A stretch of 64,000 bases of DNA. It comes from the human T2T-CHM13v2.0 reference genome, Homo sapiens. Shown in pieces: positions 14,601-28,900 of this stretch (position 1 is its first letter; each line of letters starts with the position of its first letter). A program made the position numbers and the translations under genes. The notes below the pieces were generated by a model. That model had not been told where the DNA came from. It saw only the letters and a program-made list of their open reading frames with translations, and searched no databases. The DNA is taken from the NCBI RefSeq assembly GCF_009914755.1, contig NC_060940.1; one strand, 5' to 3'.

Positions 14601-17600
14601 ATTCGAGTCCATTCAGTGATTCCATTCGTTTCCATTCCATGATGATTCCATTCCTTTCCATTCAATGATTCCATTCGATTCCGTTTGATGATGATTTCAT
14701 TCGAGTCCATTTGATGATTCCATTTGATTCCATTCGATGATGATTCCATTCGAGTCCATTCGATGATTCTATTCGAATCCATTTGATGATTTCTTTTGAT
14801 TATTTTTGGTGATGATTCCATTGGAGTCCATTCAATGATTCCATTCTATTCCAATCGATGATGATTCCATTAGAGTCCATTTAATGATTCCATTGGATTC
14901 CAGTCTCTGATGATTACATTCGAGTCCATACGATGATTCCACTCAATTCCATATGATGATGATTCCATTTGATTCCATTCGGTGATTCCATTCTATTCTA
15001 TTCAATGGTGATTCCATTCGAGTACATTAGATGATTCCATTCGATTCCATTCAATGATGATTCTATTTGTGTCCCTTAGATGATTCCACATGATTCCATT
15101 ACATGATGATACTATTTGAGCCCATCCAATGATTCCCTTCGATTCCATTCGATGAGGATTCCATTCGATTCAATTCATTGGTGATTCTATTCAATTCAAT
15201 TCTTTGATTCCATTCCATTCCATTCGACAATGATTCCATTCGATTTCTTTCGATGATTCCACTCGATTCCACTTGACATTGATTCCATTCGATTCCATTC
15301 AATGATTCCATTTGATTCCAGTGGATGATGATTGCCATCGATTCCATTCGATCACTCCATTCTATTCCATTTGATGATGATTACATTCGATTCCATTTGA
15401 TGATTCCATCTGATTCTATTCGAGGATTCCATTTGATTCCATTCGATGATGATTCCATTCGAGTCCATTTGATGATTTCATTCGAGTACATCCAATGATT
15501 CCATTCGAGTCCATTAGATGATTCCATTTGATTCCATTTGAAAATGATTCTACTAGAGTCCATTCAATGACTCCATTCGAGTCCATTCAACAATTCCATT
15601 CGACTCCATTCGATGATTCCATTCGATTCCATTTGATGGTTCCATTCGAGTCCATTTAATCATTACAGTCGAGTCCATTTGGTGATTCCAATGGATTTCT
15701 TTTGATAATGATACCATTCCATTACATTTGATGATGATCCCATTCAATTTCATTTGATGATGATTCCATTAGAGTCCATTCGATGATTTCATTCGAGTCC
15801 CTTCATTGATTCCATCCGATTTCATTGGATGATGACTCCATTCGAGTCCATTCGATGATTCCACTCGATTCCATTAGATGACTCCATTGGAGTCCATTTG
15901 ATTGTTCCATTCGATTCCATTCGATTCCTTTCGAAGATTATTCCATTTGAGTCCATTCGATGATGATTCCATTCCATTCCATTCGATGATTCCGTTTGAT
16001 TCCATTCGATGATTCCCTTCGATTCCTTTCTTTGATGATTCCATTCCATTCCATTCAATGATTCCATTCGAATCTATTCCATGATGATTCCTTTCGATTC
16101 CATTCGCTGATGTTTCCGTTCAATTCCATTCGATGATGATTCCATTCGATTCCATTCATTGAGGATTCCATTTGATTCCATTCAATGATGATTCCATTCT
16201 ATTCCATTCAATGATTGCATTCAATTCCATTCAATGATTATCCCATTAGAGTAAACTCAACGATTCCATTCAATACCATTCAATGATGATTCCTTTTGAG
16301 TCCATTCAATGATTTCATTCAAGTCCATTTGATGATTCCTTTCAATTCCATTCTATGATGATTCCATTCGAGTCCATTCGATGATTCCATTCGATTGCAT
16401 TCGATGATTCCATTATATTCCATTCAACGGTGATTCCATTCGAGTCCATTCCATGATTCCATTAGAGTACATTTAATGATTGCTTTGTTTTCAATTCGAA
16501 GATGATTACATTGGATTCCATTCTATGATACCATTCGATTCCATTCAATGATGATTCCACTCAAATCCATTGGATGATTCCATTCGTGTCCATTCGGTGA
16601 TTTCATTAGATTCCATTCGAGGATGATTCCATTCGATTCCATTCGATGATTCCATTCAATTCCATTCGATGATGATTCCATTCCAGTCCATATGATCATT
16701 CCATTTGATTTCATTCGATGATGATTCCATTCGATTCCTTTCGACGATTCCATTCTATTCCATTCGATGATGATTCCATTCGAGTCCATTCGATGATTCC
16801 ATTCGAGTCCATTTAATGATTCCATTGGGTTCAATTCAATGATGATTACATTGGATTCCGTTCTATGATTCCATTCAATTCCGTTCATTGACAATTTGAT
16901 TCCATTCGATGATGATTCCATTTGAGTTCATTCGATGATTCTATTCGATTCTCTTCGATGGTGATTCAATTCTATTATATTGGATGATTCCATTCGATTC
17001 CATTTGATGTTGATTCAATTCGATTCTATTCGATGATGATTCCATTGGATTTCACTTGATGATTCTATTCGATTCCATTCAATGATGATTCACTTCTCGT
17101 CCATTGGATGATTCCATTTCATTCCATTCGATGATGATTCCATTCGATTCCATTCGATGATTCCATTTGATTCCATGCGACGGTGAGCAATTCGATTCAA
17201 TTCCATGATGATTCTATTTGATTCAATTAGATGATGTTTCCATTCGAATCCATTCCATGATTATTCCATTGGAATCCATTCGGCGATGATTCCATATGAG
17301 TCAATTCAATCATGATTCCATATGGGTCCGTTCGATGATAATTCCATTTGATTTCATTCGATGCTTCTATTCTATTCCAGTCGATGATGATTCCGTTGGA
17401 GTCCATACGATGATTCCATTTGATTTCATTTGATGATGATTCCATTCGATGATGATTACATTGGATTCCATTCTATGATTCCATTCAATTCCATTCGTTG
17501 ATGATTCGATTCCATTCAATGATGATTCCATTTGAGTTCATTCGATGATTCTATTCGATTCCGTTCGATGGTGATTCAATTCTATTATATTGGATGATTC

Positions 17601-17727
17601 CACTCGATTCCATTTGATGATTATTCCATTGGAGTCCACTTAGTGAATCCTTTAGATTCTACTCGACGATGATTCCATTCGAGTCCATTCGATGATACCA
17701 TTCAATTCCATTCGTTGATGCTTCCAT
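11616..17727 (+). repeat. Unit 3 (6,112 bp), full length
   Basis: Landmark at 11616 and 17728; complete set of internal landmarks. Confidence 0.9.
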
Positions 17728-19807
17728 TCAAGTGCATTCGATGATATCATTCGATTCCATTTGATGATAATTCCATTTGATTCCATGCGATGATTCTATT
17801 CGATTCCATTCAATGATAATTCCATTCAATTCAGTGATTCCTCTGGACTCCATTTGATGATGATTCCATTCAATGATTCCATTCGATTCTATTCGAAAAT
17901 GATTCCATTTGAATCCATTTGATGATGATTCCATTAGATTCCATTTGATGATTCCATTGGAGTCCATTTCATTGTTCCATTCGATTCCATTCGATTCCTT
18001 TCGAAGATTATTCCATTTGAGTCCATTCGATGATGATTACATTCCATTCCATTCGATGATTCCATTTGATTCCATTTGATGATTCCCTTCGATTCCTTTC
18101 TTTGATGACTGCATTCCATTCCATTCAATGTTTCCATTCGAATCTATTCCATGATGATTCCTTTCGATTCCATTCGCTGATGTTTCCGTTCAATTCCATT
18201 CGATGATGATTCCATTCGATTCCATTCATTGAGGATTCCATTTGATTCCATTCTATGATGATTCCGTTCTATTCCATTCAATGATTGCATTCAATTCCAT
18301 TCAATGATTATCCCATTAGAGTAAACTCAACGATTCCATTCAATACCATTCGATGATGATTCCTTTTGAGTTCATTCAATGATTTCATTCAAGTCCATTT
18401 GATGATTCCTTTCAATTCCATTCTATGATGATTCCATTCGAGTCCATTCGATGATTCCATTCGATTGCATTCCATGATTCCATTATATTCCATTCAACGG
18501 TGATTCCATTCGAGTCCATTCGATGATTCCATTAGAGTACATTTAATGATTGCTTTGTTTTCAATTCGAAGATGATTACATTCGATTCCATTCTATGATA
18601 CCATTCGATTCCATTCAATGATGATTCCACTCAAATCCATTGGATGATTCCATTCGTGTCCATTCGGTGATTTCATTAGATTCCATTCGAGGATGATTCC
18701 TTTCGATTCCATTCGATGATTCCATTCAATTCCATTCGATGATGATTCCATTCGAGTCCATATGATCATTCCATTTGATTTCATTCGATGATGATTCCAT
18801 TCGATTCCATTCGATGATTCCATTCTATTCCTTTCGATGATGATTCCATTCGAGTCCATTCGATGATTCCATTCGAGTCCATTTAATGATTCCATTGGGT
18901 TCAATTCGATGATGATTACATTGGATTCCGTTCTATGATTCCATTCAATTCCGTTCATTGACAATTTGATTCCATTCGATGATGATTCCATTTGAGTTCA
19001 TTCGATGATTCTATTCGATTCTCTTCGATGGTGATTCAATTATATTATATTGGATGATGCCATTCGATTCCATTTGATGTTGATTCAATTCGATTCTATT
19101 CGATGATGATTCCATTGGATTTCACTTGATGATTCTATTCGATTCCATTCAATGATGATTCACTTCTCGTCCATTGGATGGTTCCATTTCATTCCATTCG
19201 ATGATGATTCCATTCGATTCCATTCGATGATTCCATTTGATTCCATTCGACGGTGACCAATTCGATTCAATTCCATGATGATTCTATTTGATTCAATTAG
19301 ATGATGTTTCCATTCGAATCCATTCCATGATTATTCCATTGGAATCCATTCGGCGATGATTCCATATGAGTCAATTCAATGATGATTCCATATGGGTCCG
19401 TTCGATGATAATTCCATTTGATTTCATTCGATGCTTCTATTCAATTCCAGTTGATGATGATTCCGTTGGAGTCCATACGATGATTCCATTTGATTTCATT
19501 TGATGATGATTCCATTCGATTCCATTCGATGATGATTACATTGGATTCCATTCTATGATTCCATTCAATTCCATTCGTTGATGATTCGATTCCATTCAAT
19601 GATGATTCCATTTGAGTTCATTCGATGATTCTATTCGATTCCGTTCGATGGTGATTCAATTCTCTTATATTGGATGATTCCACTCGATTCCATTTGATGA
19701 TTATTCCATTGGAGTCCACTTAGTGAATCCTTTAGATTCTACTCGAAGATGATTCCATTCGAGTCCATTCGATGGTACCATTCAATTCCATTCGTTGATG
19801 CTTCCAT
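17728..19807 (+). repeat. Unit 4 (2,080 bp), truncated by a 4,042-bp jump
   Basis: Landmark at 17728 and 19808. At 17947-17958 the sequence jumps from the unit start to the equivalent of ~24069-24080. Confidence 0.9.
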
Positions 19808-22800
19808 TCAAGTGCATTCGATGATATCATTCGATTCCATTTGATGATAATTCCATTTGATTCCATGCGATGATTCTATTCGATTCCATTCAATGATAAT
19901 TCCATTCAATTCAGTGATTCCTCTGGACTCCATTTGATGATGATTCCATTCAATGATTCCATTCGATTCTATTCGAAAATGATTCCATTTGAATCCATTT
20001 GATGATGATTCCATTAGATTCCATTTGATGATTCTATTCGATTCCATTCGACGATGATTCCATTCGATTCCATTTGATGATTCCATTCTATTCTATTCGA
20101 TGATGATTCCATTCGATTCCATTCGATGATGATTGGATTCGATTCCATTTGATGATTTCATTTGATTCCATTCGATAATGATTTTGATCAATTCCATTCG
20201 ATGATTCCATTCGATTCCATTCGATAATGATTACATCCGAGTCCATTCGATGATTCCATTTGAGCCCGTTCGATAATTCCATTTGAGTCCAATCAATGAT
20301 TGCATTCATTTCCATTCAATGATTCCATTCGAGTCCATTTGATCATTCCGGTAGGGTCCGTTCGATGTTGATTCCATTGGAGTGCATTCGATGATTCCAT
20401 TCGAGTCCAATTTATGATTTGGTTCGAGTCCTTTCGATGATTCCATTCGATTCCACTCGATGATGATTTCATTCGAGTCCATTCGACACTTCCAATCGAT
20501 TCCATTTGATGTTTCCTTTCGAGTCCAATTGATGATTCCATTCAATTCCATTCGATGATGATTCCGTACGATTCCACTCTGTGATGATTCCAAGTGATTG
20601 CATTCAATGATGATTCCTTTCGATTGCATTCGATTATGATTCATTTCGTGTTCATTCTATGGTTCCACAGGTTTCCATTCGTGTCCATTCCATTATTCCA
20701 TTCTATTCCATTTGATGATGATTCCATTCGATTCCATTCATTGGTGATTCCACTCAATTCCATTCAATGATTCCATTCCATTTCTTTCAACAATGATTCC
20801 ATTAGTTTCTAATCGATGATCCACTTGATTCCATTTGACGACGATTCCATTCTTGTCCATTCGATGATTCCATTTGATTCCATATGATGATGATTCCATT
20901 CGATTCCATACCATGATGATTCCATTCGAGTCCATTCAATGGTGATTCCATTCAATTCCATTCGATGATTCCTTTCGATTCCATTCAATGATGATGGCAT
21001 TCGATTCCTTTCAATCATTCCCTTTGATTCCATTGAAAGGTGATTTCATTCAAGTCCATTCGATAATTGCATTCGATTCCATTCTATGATGATTCCATTC
21101 GAGTCCATTTGATGATTCCATTCAATTCAAGTCAATGATGATTCCATTCAATTCCATTCGACGATTCCATTGGATTCCATTCGATGATGATTCCATTCAA
21201 ATCCATTCGATAATTCAATTCAAGTCCATTCGATGATGATTCCAATCGAATCCATTCAAAGATTCCATTCTGTTCCATTCGATGATTCCCTTAGATTCCA
21301 TTCGATGATTCCACTTGATTGCATTTACGATGATTCCATTCGATTCCATGTGATGATTCCATTCAATTCTATTCAATGATGTCTCCATTTGATTCCATTC
21401 GACCATGATTGCCTTTGATTCCATTCAATGATTCCATTCGGTTCCGTTTGATGATGATTCCGTTCGATTCCATTTGATGATTCCATTTGATTCCATTGGA
21501 TGAGTCCATTCGATTACACTCGATGATTATTCCATTCGAGTGCATTAGATGATTCCATTCGAGTCCATTCGATGATTCCATTCGATTCCATTCGATGTTG
21601 ATTCTGTTCAAATCCATTCGATGATTCCACTCGATTCCATTCGTTGACTCCATTTGATCCCATTCGATGATTTCCTTTGATTCCCTTTGATGATCATTCC
21701 ATTTGATTCAATTCGGTGATTTCATTTGATTCCATTCAGTGATGTTTCCATTCGACTCCATTCGATGATGATTCCATTCGACTCCATTCGATTATGATTT
21801 CATTCAATTCCATTCGATAATGATTCCCTTCGAGTCCATTCGATGATTCCATTCGATTCCATTCAACGATGATTTGATTCGTGTCCATTCGATGATTCCA
21901 TTTGATTCCACTTGACGATGATTCCATTCGAGTCCATTTGATGATTCCATTCAATTCCATACTCCGATGATTTCTTTTGAGCCCACTCAATGCTTCCACT
22001 CGATTCCATATGATGATGACTCCATTCGATGAAATTCGATGATGATTCCATTCGCTTGCTTTCGATGATGATTCCACTTGAGTCCGTTAGAAGATTCTAT
22101 TCAATTACATTCCATGACGATTCCGTTCGAGTCCATTTGATGATTCCATTAGACTCCATTCGACGATGATTCCATTCGATGTTATTCCATGATTCCATTC
22201 GATCTCATTCGATGATGATTCCATTCAACTCCATTCGATGTTTCCATTCGAGTTCATTCTATTATTCCATTAGATTCCATTCGATGATGATTCCATTCGA
22301 TTCCATTTGATGATTGCATTCTATTTCATTTGATGATGATTCCATTCGAGTCCACTCGATGATTCCATTCGAGTCCATTTAATGAATCCATTGGTTTCAA
22401 TTCTATGATGATTACATTGGATTCCATTCGTTGATGAATTCATTCGGCTCCATTCAATGATGATTCCATTCAATTCCTTTCAATGTTTCCATTCAATTCC
22501 ATACGATGATGATTCCATTTGATTTGATTCGACAGTGAGCCATTCGATTCAATTCCATGATGATTCTATTTGATTCAATTGGTTGACATTTCCATTCGAT
22601 TCCATTCGATGATGATTCCCTTTGATTCCGTTCAAAGATGATTCCATTCTAGCCCATTCAATCATTCCATTCGATTCTATTCAATGATGATTCCATTCAT
22701 GTCGATTTGGTGATTCCATTTGACTTCATTTGATGATGATTCCTTTCAAGTTCATTAGATGATTCCATTCGATTCCATTTGATGATGATCCCATTCGAGT

Positions 22801-25800
22801 CCATTCAGTGATTCCATTCGTTTCCATTCCATGATGATTCCATTCCTTTCCATTCAATGATTCCATTCGATTCCGTTTGATGATGATTTCATTCGAGTCC
22901 ATTTGATGATTCCATTTGATTCCATTCGATGATGATTCCATTCGAGTCCATTCGATGATTCTATTCGAATCCATTTGATGATTTCTTTTGATTATATTTG
23001 GTGATGATTCCATTGGAGTCCATTCAATGATTCCATTCGATTCCAATTGATGATGATTCCATTAGAGTCCATTTAATGATTCCATTTGATTCCAGTCTCT
23101 GATGATTACATTCGAGTCCATACGATGATTCCACTCAATTCCATATGATGATGATTCCATTCGATTCCATTCGATGATTCCATTCTATTCTATTCAATGG
23201 TGATTCCATTCGAGTACATTAGATGATTCCATTCGATTCCATTCAATGATGATTCTATTTGTGTCCCTTAGATGATTCCACATGATTCCATTACATGATG
23301 ATACTATTTGAGCCCATCCAATGATTCCCTTCGATTCCATTCGATGAGGATTCCATTCGATTCAATTCATTGGTGATTCTATTCAATTCAATTCTTTGAT
23401 TCCATTCCATTCCATTCGACAATGATTCCATTCGATTTCTTTCGATGATTCCACTCGATTCCACTTGACATTGATTCCATTCGATTCCATTCAATGATTC
23501 CATTTGATTCCAGTGGATGATGATTGCCATCGATTCCATTCGATCACTCCATTCTATTCCATTTGATGATGATTACATTCGATTCCATTTGATGATTCCA
23601 TCTGATTCTATTCGAGGATTCCATTTGATTCCATTCGATGATGATTCCATTCGAGTCCATTCGATGATTTCATTCGAGTACATCCAATGATTCCATTCGT
23701 GTCCATTTGATGATTCCATTTGTTTCCATTTGATTATGATTCTACTAGAGTCCATTCAATGACTCCATTCGAGTGCATTCAACAATTCCATTCGACTCCA
23801 TTCGATGATTGCATTCGATTCCATTTGATGATTCCATTCGAGTCCATTTAATCATTACAGTCGAGTCCATTTGGTGATTCCACTGGATTTCTTTTGATAA
23901 TGATACCATTCCATTACATTTGATGATGATCCCATTCAATTTCATTTGATGATGATTCCCTTAGAGTCCATTCGATGATTTCATTCGAGTCCTTTCATTG
24001 ATTCCATCCGATTTCATTTGATGATGACTCCATTCGAGTCCATTCGATGATTCCACTCGATTCCATTAGATGATTCCATTGGAGTCCATTTCATTGTTCC
24101 ATTCGATTCCATTCGATTCCTTTCGAAGATTATTCCATTTGAGTCCATTCGATGATGATTACATTCCATTCCATTCGATGATTCCATTTGATTCCATTTG
24201 ATGATTCCCTTCGATTCCTTTCTTTGATGACTGCATTCCATTCCATTCAATGTTTCCATTCGAATCTATTCCATGATGATTCCTTTCGATTCCATTCGCT
24301 GATGTTTCCGTTCAATTCCATTCGATGATGATTCCATTCGATTCCATTCATTGAGGATTCCATTTGATTCCATTCTATGATGATTCCGTTCTATTCCATT
24401 CAATGATTGCATTCAATTCCATTCAATGATTATCCCATTAGAGTAAACTCAACGATTCCATTCAATACCATTCGATGATGATTCCTTTTGAGTTCATTCA
24501 ATGATTTCATTCAAGTCCATTTGATGATTCCTTTCAATTCCATTCTATGATGATTCCATTCGAGTCCATTCGATGATTCCATTCGATTGCATTCCATGAT
24601 TCCATTATATTCCATTCAACGGTGATTCCATTCGAGTCCATTCGATGATTCCATTAGAGTACATTTAATGATTGCTTTGTTTTCAATTCGAAGATGATTA
24701 CATTCGATTCCATTCTATGATACCATTCGATTCCATTCAATGATGATTCCACTCAAATCCATTGGATGATTCCATTCGTGTCCATTCGGTGATTTCATTA
24801 GATTCCATTCGAGGATGATTCCTTTCGATTCCATTCGATGATTCCATTCAATTCCATTCGATGATGATTCCATTCGAGTCCATATGATCATTCCATTTGA
24901 TTTCATTCGATGATGATTCCATTCGATTCCATTCGATGATTCCATTCTATTCCTTTCGATGATGATTCCATTCGAGTTCATTCGATGATTCCATTCGAGT
25001 CCATTTAATGATTCCATTGGGTTCAATTCGATGATGATTACATTGGATTCCGTTCTATGATTCCATTCAATTCCGTTCATTGACAATTTGATTCCATTCG
25101 ATGATGATTCCATTTGAGTTCATTCGATGATTCTATTCGATTCTCTTCGATGGTGATTCAATTATATTATATTGGATGATGCCATTCGATTCCATTTGAT
25201 GTTGATTCAATTCGATTCTATTCGATGATGATTCCATTGGATTTCACTTGATGATTCTATTCGATTCCATTCAATGATGATTCACTTCTCGTCCATTGGA
25301 TGGTTCCATTTCATTCCATTCGATGATGATTCCATTCGATTCCATTCGATGATTCCATTTGATTCCATTCGACGGTGACCAATTCGATTCAATTCCATGA
25401 TGATTCTATTTGATTCAATTAGATGATGTTTCCATTCGAATCCATTCCATGATTATTCCATTGGAATCCATTCGGCGATGATTCCATATGAGTCAATTCA
25501 ATGATGATTCCATATGGGTCCGTTCGATGATAATTCCATTTGATTTCATTCGATGCTTCTATTCAATTCCAGTTGATGATGATTCCGTTGGAGTCCATAC
25601 GATGATTCCATTTGATTTCATTTGATGATGATTCCATTCGATTCCATTCGATGATGATTACATTGGATTCCATTCTATGATTCCATTCAATTCCATTCGT
25701 TGATGATTCGATTCCATTCAATGATGATTCCATTTGAGTTCATTCGATGATTCTATTCGATTCCGTTCGATGGTGATTCAATTCTCTTATATTGGATGAT

Positions 25801-25929
25801 TCCACTCGATTCCATTTGATGATTATTCCATTGGAGTCCACTTAGTGAATCCTTTAGATTCTACTCGAAGATGATTCCATTCGAGTCCATTCGATGGTAC
25901 CATTCAATTCCATTCGTTGATGCTTCCAT
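19808..25929 (+). repeat. Unit 5 (6,122 bp)
   Basis: Landmark at 19808 and 25930. It has an extra 10-mer (ATTCCATTCG) near 25631-25650 relative to the 6,112-bp units. Confidence 0.9.
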
Positions 25930-28900
25930 TCAAGTGCATTCGATGATATCATTCGATTCCATTTGATGATAATTCCATTTGATTCCATGCGATGATTCTA
26001 TTCGATTCCATTCAATGATAATTCCATTCAATTCAGTGATTCCTCTGGACTCCATTTGATGATGATTCCATTCAATGATTCCATTCGATTCTATTCGAAA
26101 ATGATTCCATTTGAATCCATTTGATGATGATTCCATTAGATTCCATTTGATGATTCTATTCGATTCCATTCGACGATGATTCCATTCGATTCCATTTGAT
26201 GATTCCATTCTATTCTATTCGATGATGATTCCATTCGATTCCATTCGATGATGATTGGATTCGATTCCATTTGATGATTTCATTTGATTCCATTCGATAA
26301 TGATTTTGATCAATTCCATTCGATGATTCCATTCGATTCCATTCGATAATGATTACATCCGAGTCCATTCGATGATTCCATTTGAGCCCGTTCGATAATT
26401 CCATTTGAGTCCAATCAATGATTGCATTCATTTCCATTCAATGATTCCATTCGAGTCCATTTGATCATTCCGGTAGGGTCCGTTCGATGTTGATTCCATT
26501 GGAGTGCATTCGATGATTCCATTCGAGTCCAATTTATGATTTGGTTCGAGTCCTTTCGATGATTCCATTCGATTCCACTCGATGATGATTTCATTCGAGT
26601 CCATTCGACACTTCCAATCGATTCCATTTGATGTTTCCTTTCGAGTCCAATTGATGATTCCATTCAATTCCATTCGATGATGATTCCGTACGATTCCACT
26701 CTGTGATGATTCCAAGTGATTGCATTCAATGATGATTCCTTTCGATTGCATTCGATTATGATTCATTTCGTGTTCATTCTATGGTTCCACAGGTTTCCAT
26801 TCGTGTCCATTCCATTATTCCATTCTATTCCATTTGATGATGATTCCATTCGATTCCATTCATTGGTGATTCCACTCAATTCCATTCAATGATTCCATTC
26901 CATTTCTTTCAACAATGATTCCATTAGTTTCTAATCGATGATCCACTTGATTCCATTTGACGACGATTCCATTCTTGTCCATTCGATGATTCCATTTGAT
27001 TCCATATGATGATGATTCCATTCGATTCCATACCATGATGATTCCATTCGAGTCCATTCAATGGTGATTCCATTCAATTCCATTCGATGATTCCTTTCGA
27101 TTCCATTCAATGATGATGGCATTCGATTCCTTTCAATCATTCCCTTTGATTCCATTCAAAGGTGATTTCATTCAAGTCCATTCGATAATTGCATTCGATT
27201 CCATTCTATGATGATTCCATTCGAGTCCATTTGATGATTCCATTCAATTCAAGTCAATGATGATTCCATTCAATTCCATTCGATGATTCCATTGGATTCC
27301 ATTCGATGATGATTCCATTCAAATCCATTCGATAATTCAATTCAAGTCCATTCGATGATGATTCCAATCGAATCCATTCAAAGATTCCATTCTGTTCCAT
27401 TCGATGATTCCCTTAGATTCCATTCGATGATTCCACTTGATTGCATTTACGATGATTCCATTCGATTCCATGTGATGATTCCATTCAATTCTATTCAATG
27501 ATGTCTCCATTTGATTCCATTCGACCATGATTGCCTTTGATTCCATTCAATGATTCCATTCGGTTCCGTTTGATGATGATTCCGTTCGATTCCATTTGAT
27601 GATTCCATTTGATTCCATTGGATGAGTCCATTCGATTACATTCGATGATTATTCCATTCGAGTGCATTAGATGATTCCATTCGAGTCCATTCGATGATTC
27701 CATTCGATTCCATTCGATGTTGATTCTGTTCAAATCCATTCGATGATTCCACTCGATTCCATTCGTTGACTCCATTTGATCCCATTTGATGATTTCCTTT
27801 GATTCCCTTTGATGATCATTCCATTTGATTCAATTCGGTGATTTCATTTGATTCCATTCAGTGATGTTTCCATTCGACTCCATTCGATGATGATTCCATT
27901 CGACTCCATTCGATTATGATTTCATTCAATTCCATTCGATAATGATTCCCTTCGAGTCCATTCGATGATTCCATTCGATTCCATTCAACGATGATTTGAT
28001 TCGTGTCCATTCGATGATTCCATTTGATTCCACTTGACGATGATTCCATTCGAGTCCATTTGATGATTCCATTCAATTCCATACTCCGATGATTTCTTTT
28101 GAGCCCACTCAATGCTTCCACTCGATTCCATATGATGATGACTCCATTCGATGAAATTCGATGATGATTCCATTCGCTTGCTTTCGATGATGATTCCACT
28201 TGAGTCCGTTAGAAGATTCTATTCAATTACATTCCATGACGATTCCGTTCGAGTCCATTTGATGATTCCATTAGACTCCATTCGACGATGATTCCATTCG
28301 ATGTTATTCGATGATTCCATTCGATCTCATTCGATGATGATTCCATTCAACTCCATTCGATGTTTCCATTCGAGTTCATTCTATTATTCCATTAGATTCC
28401 ATTCGATGATGATTCCATTCGATTCCATTTGATGATTGCATTCTATTTCATTTGATGATGATTCCATTCGAGTCCACTCGATGATTCCATTCGAGTCCAT
28501 TTAATGAATCCATTGGTTTCAATTCTATGATGATTACATTGGATTCCATTCGTTGATGATTTCATTCGGTTCCATTCAATGATGATTCCATTCAATTCCT
28601 TTCAATGTTTCCATTCAATTCCATACGATGATGATTCCATTTGATTTGATTCGACAGTGAGCCATTCGATTCAATTCCATGATGATTCTATTTGATTCAA
28701 TTGGTTGACATTTCCATTCGATTCCATTCGATGATGATTCCCTTTGATTCCGTTCCAAGATGATTCCATTCTAGCCCATTCAATCATTCCATTCGATTCT
28801 ATTCAATGATGATTCCATTCATGTCGATTTGGTGATTCCATTTGACTTCATTTGATGATGATTCCTTTCAAGTTCATTAGATGATTCCATTCGATTCCAT

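Noticed and set aside
9760-22400. Offset of exactly 8,192 (2^13), suggesting a file or buffer artefact
   Set aside because: The copies differ (for example TATGCTGATG at ~12691 versus TATGATGATG at ~20883), the junction has microhomology, and 8,192 = 6,112 + 2,080. It is most likely a coincidence.
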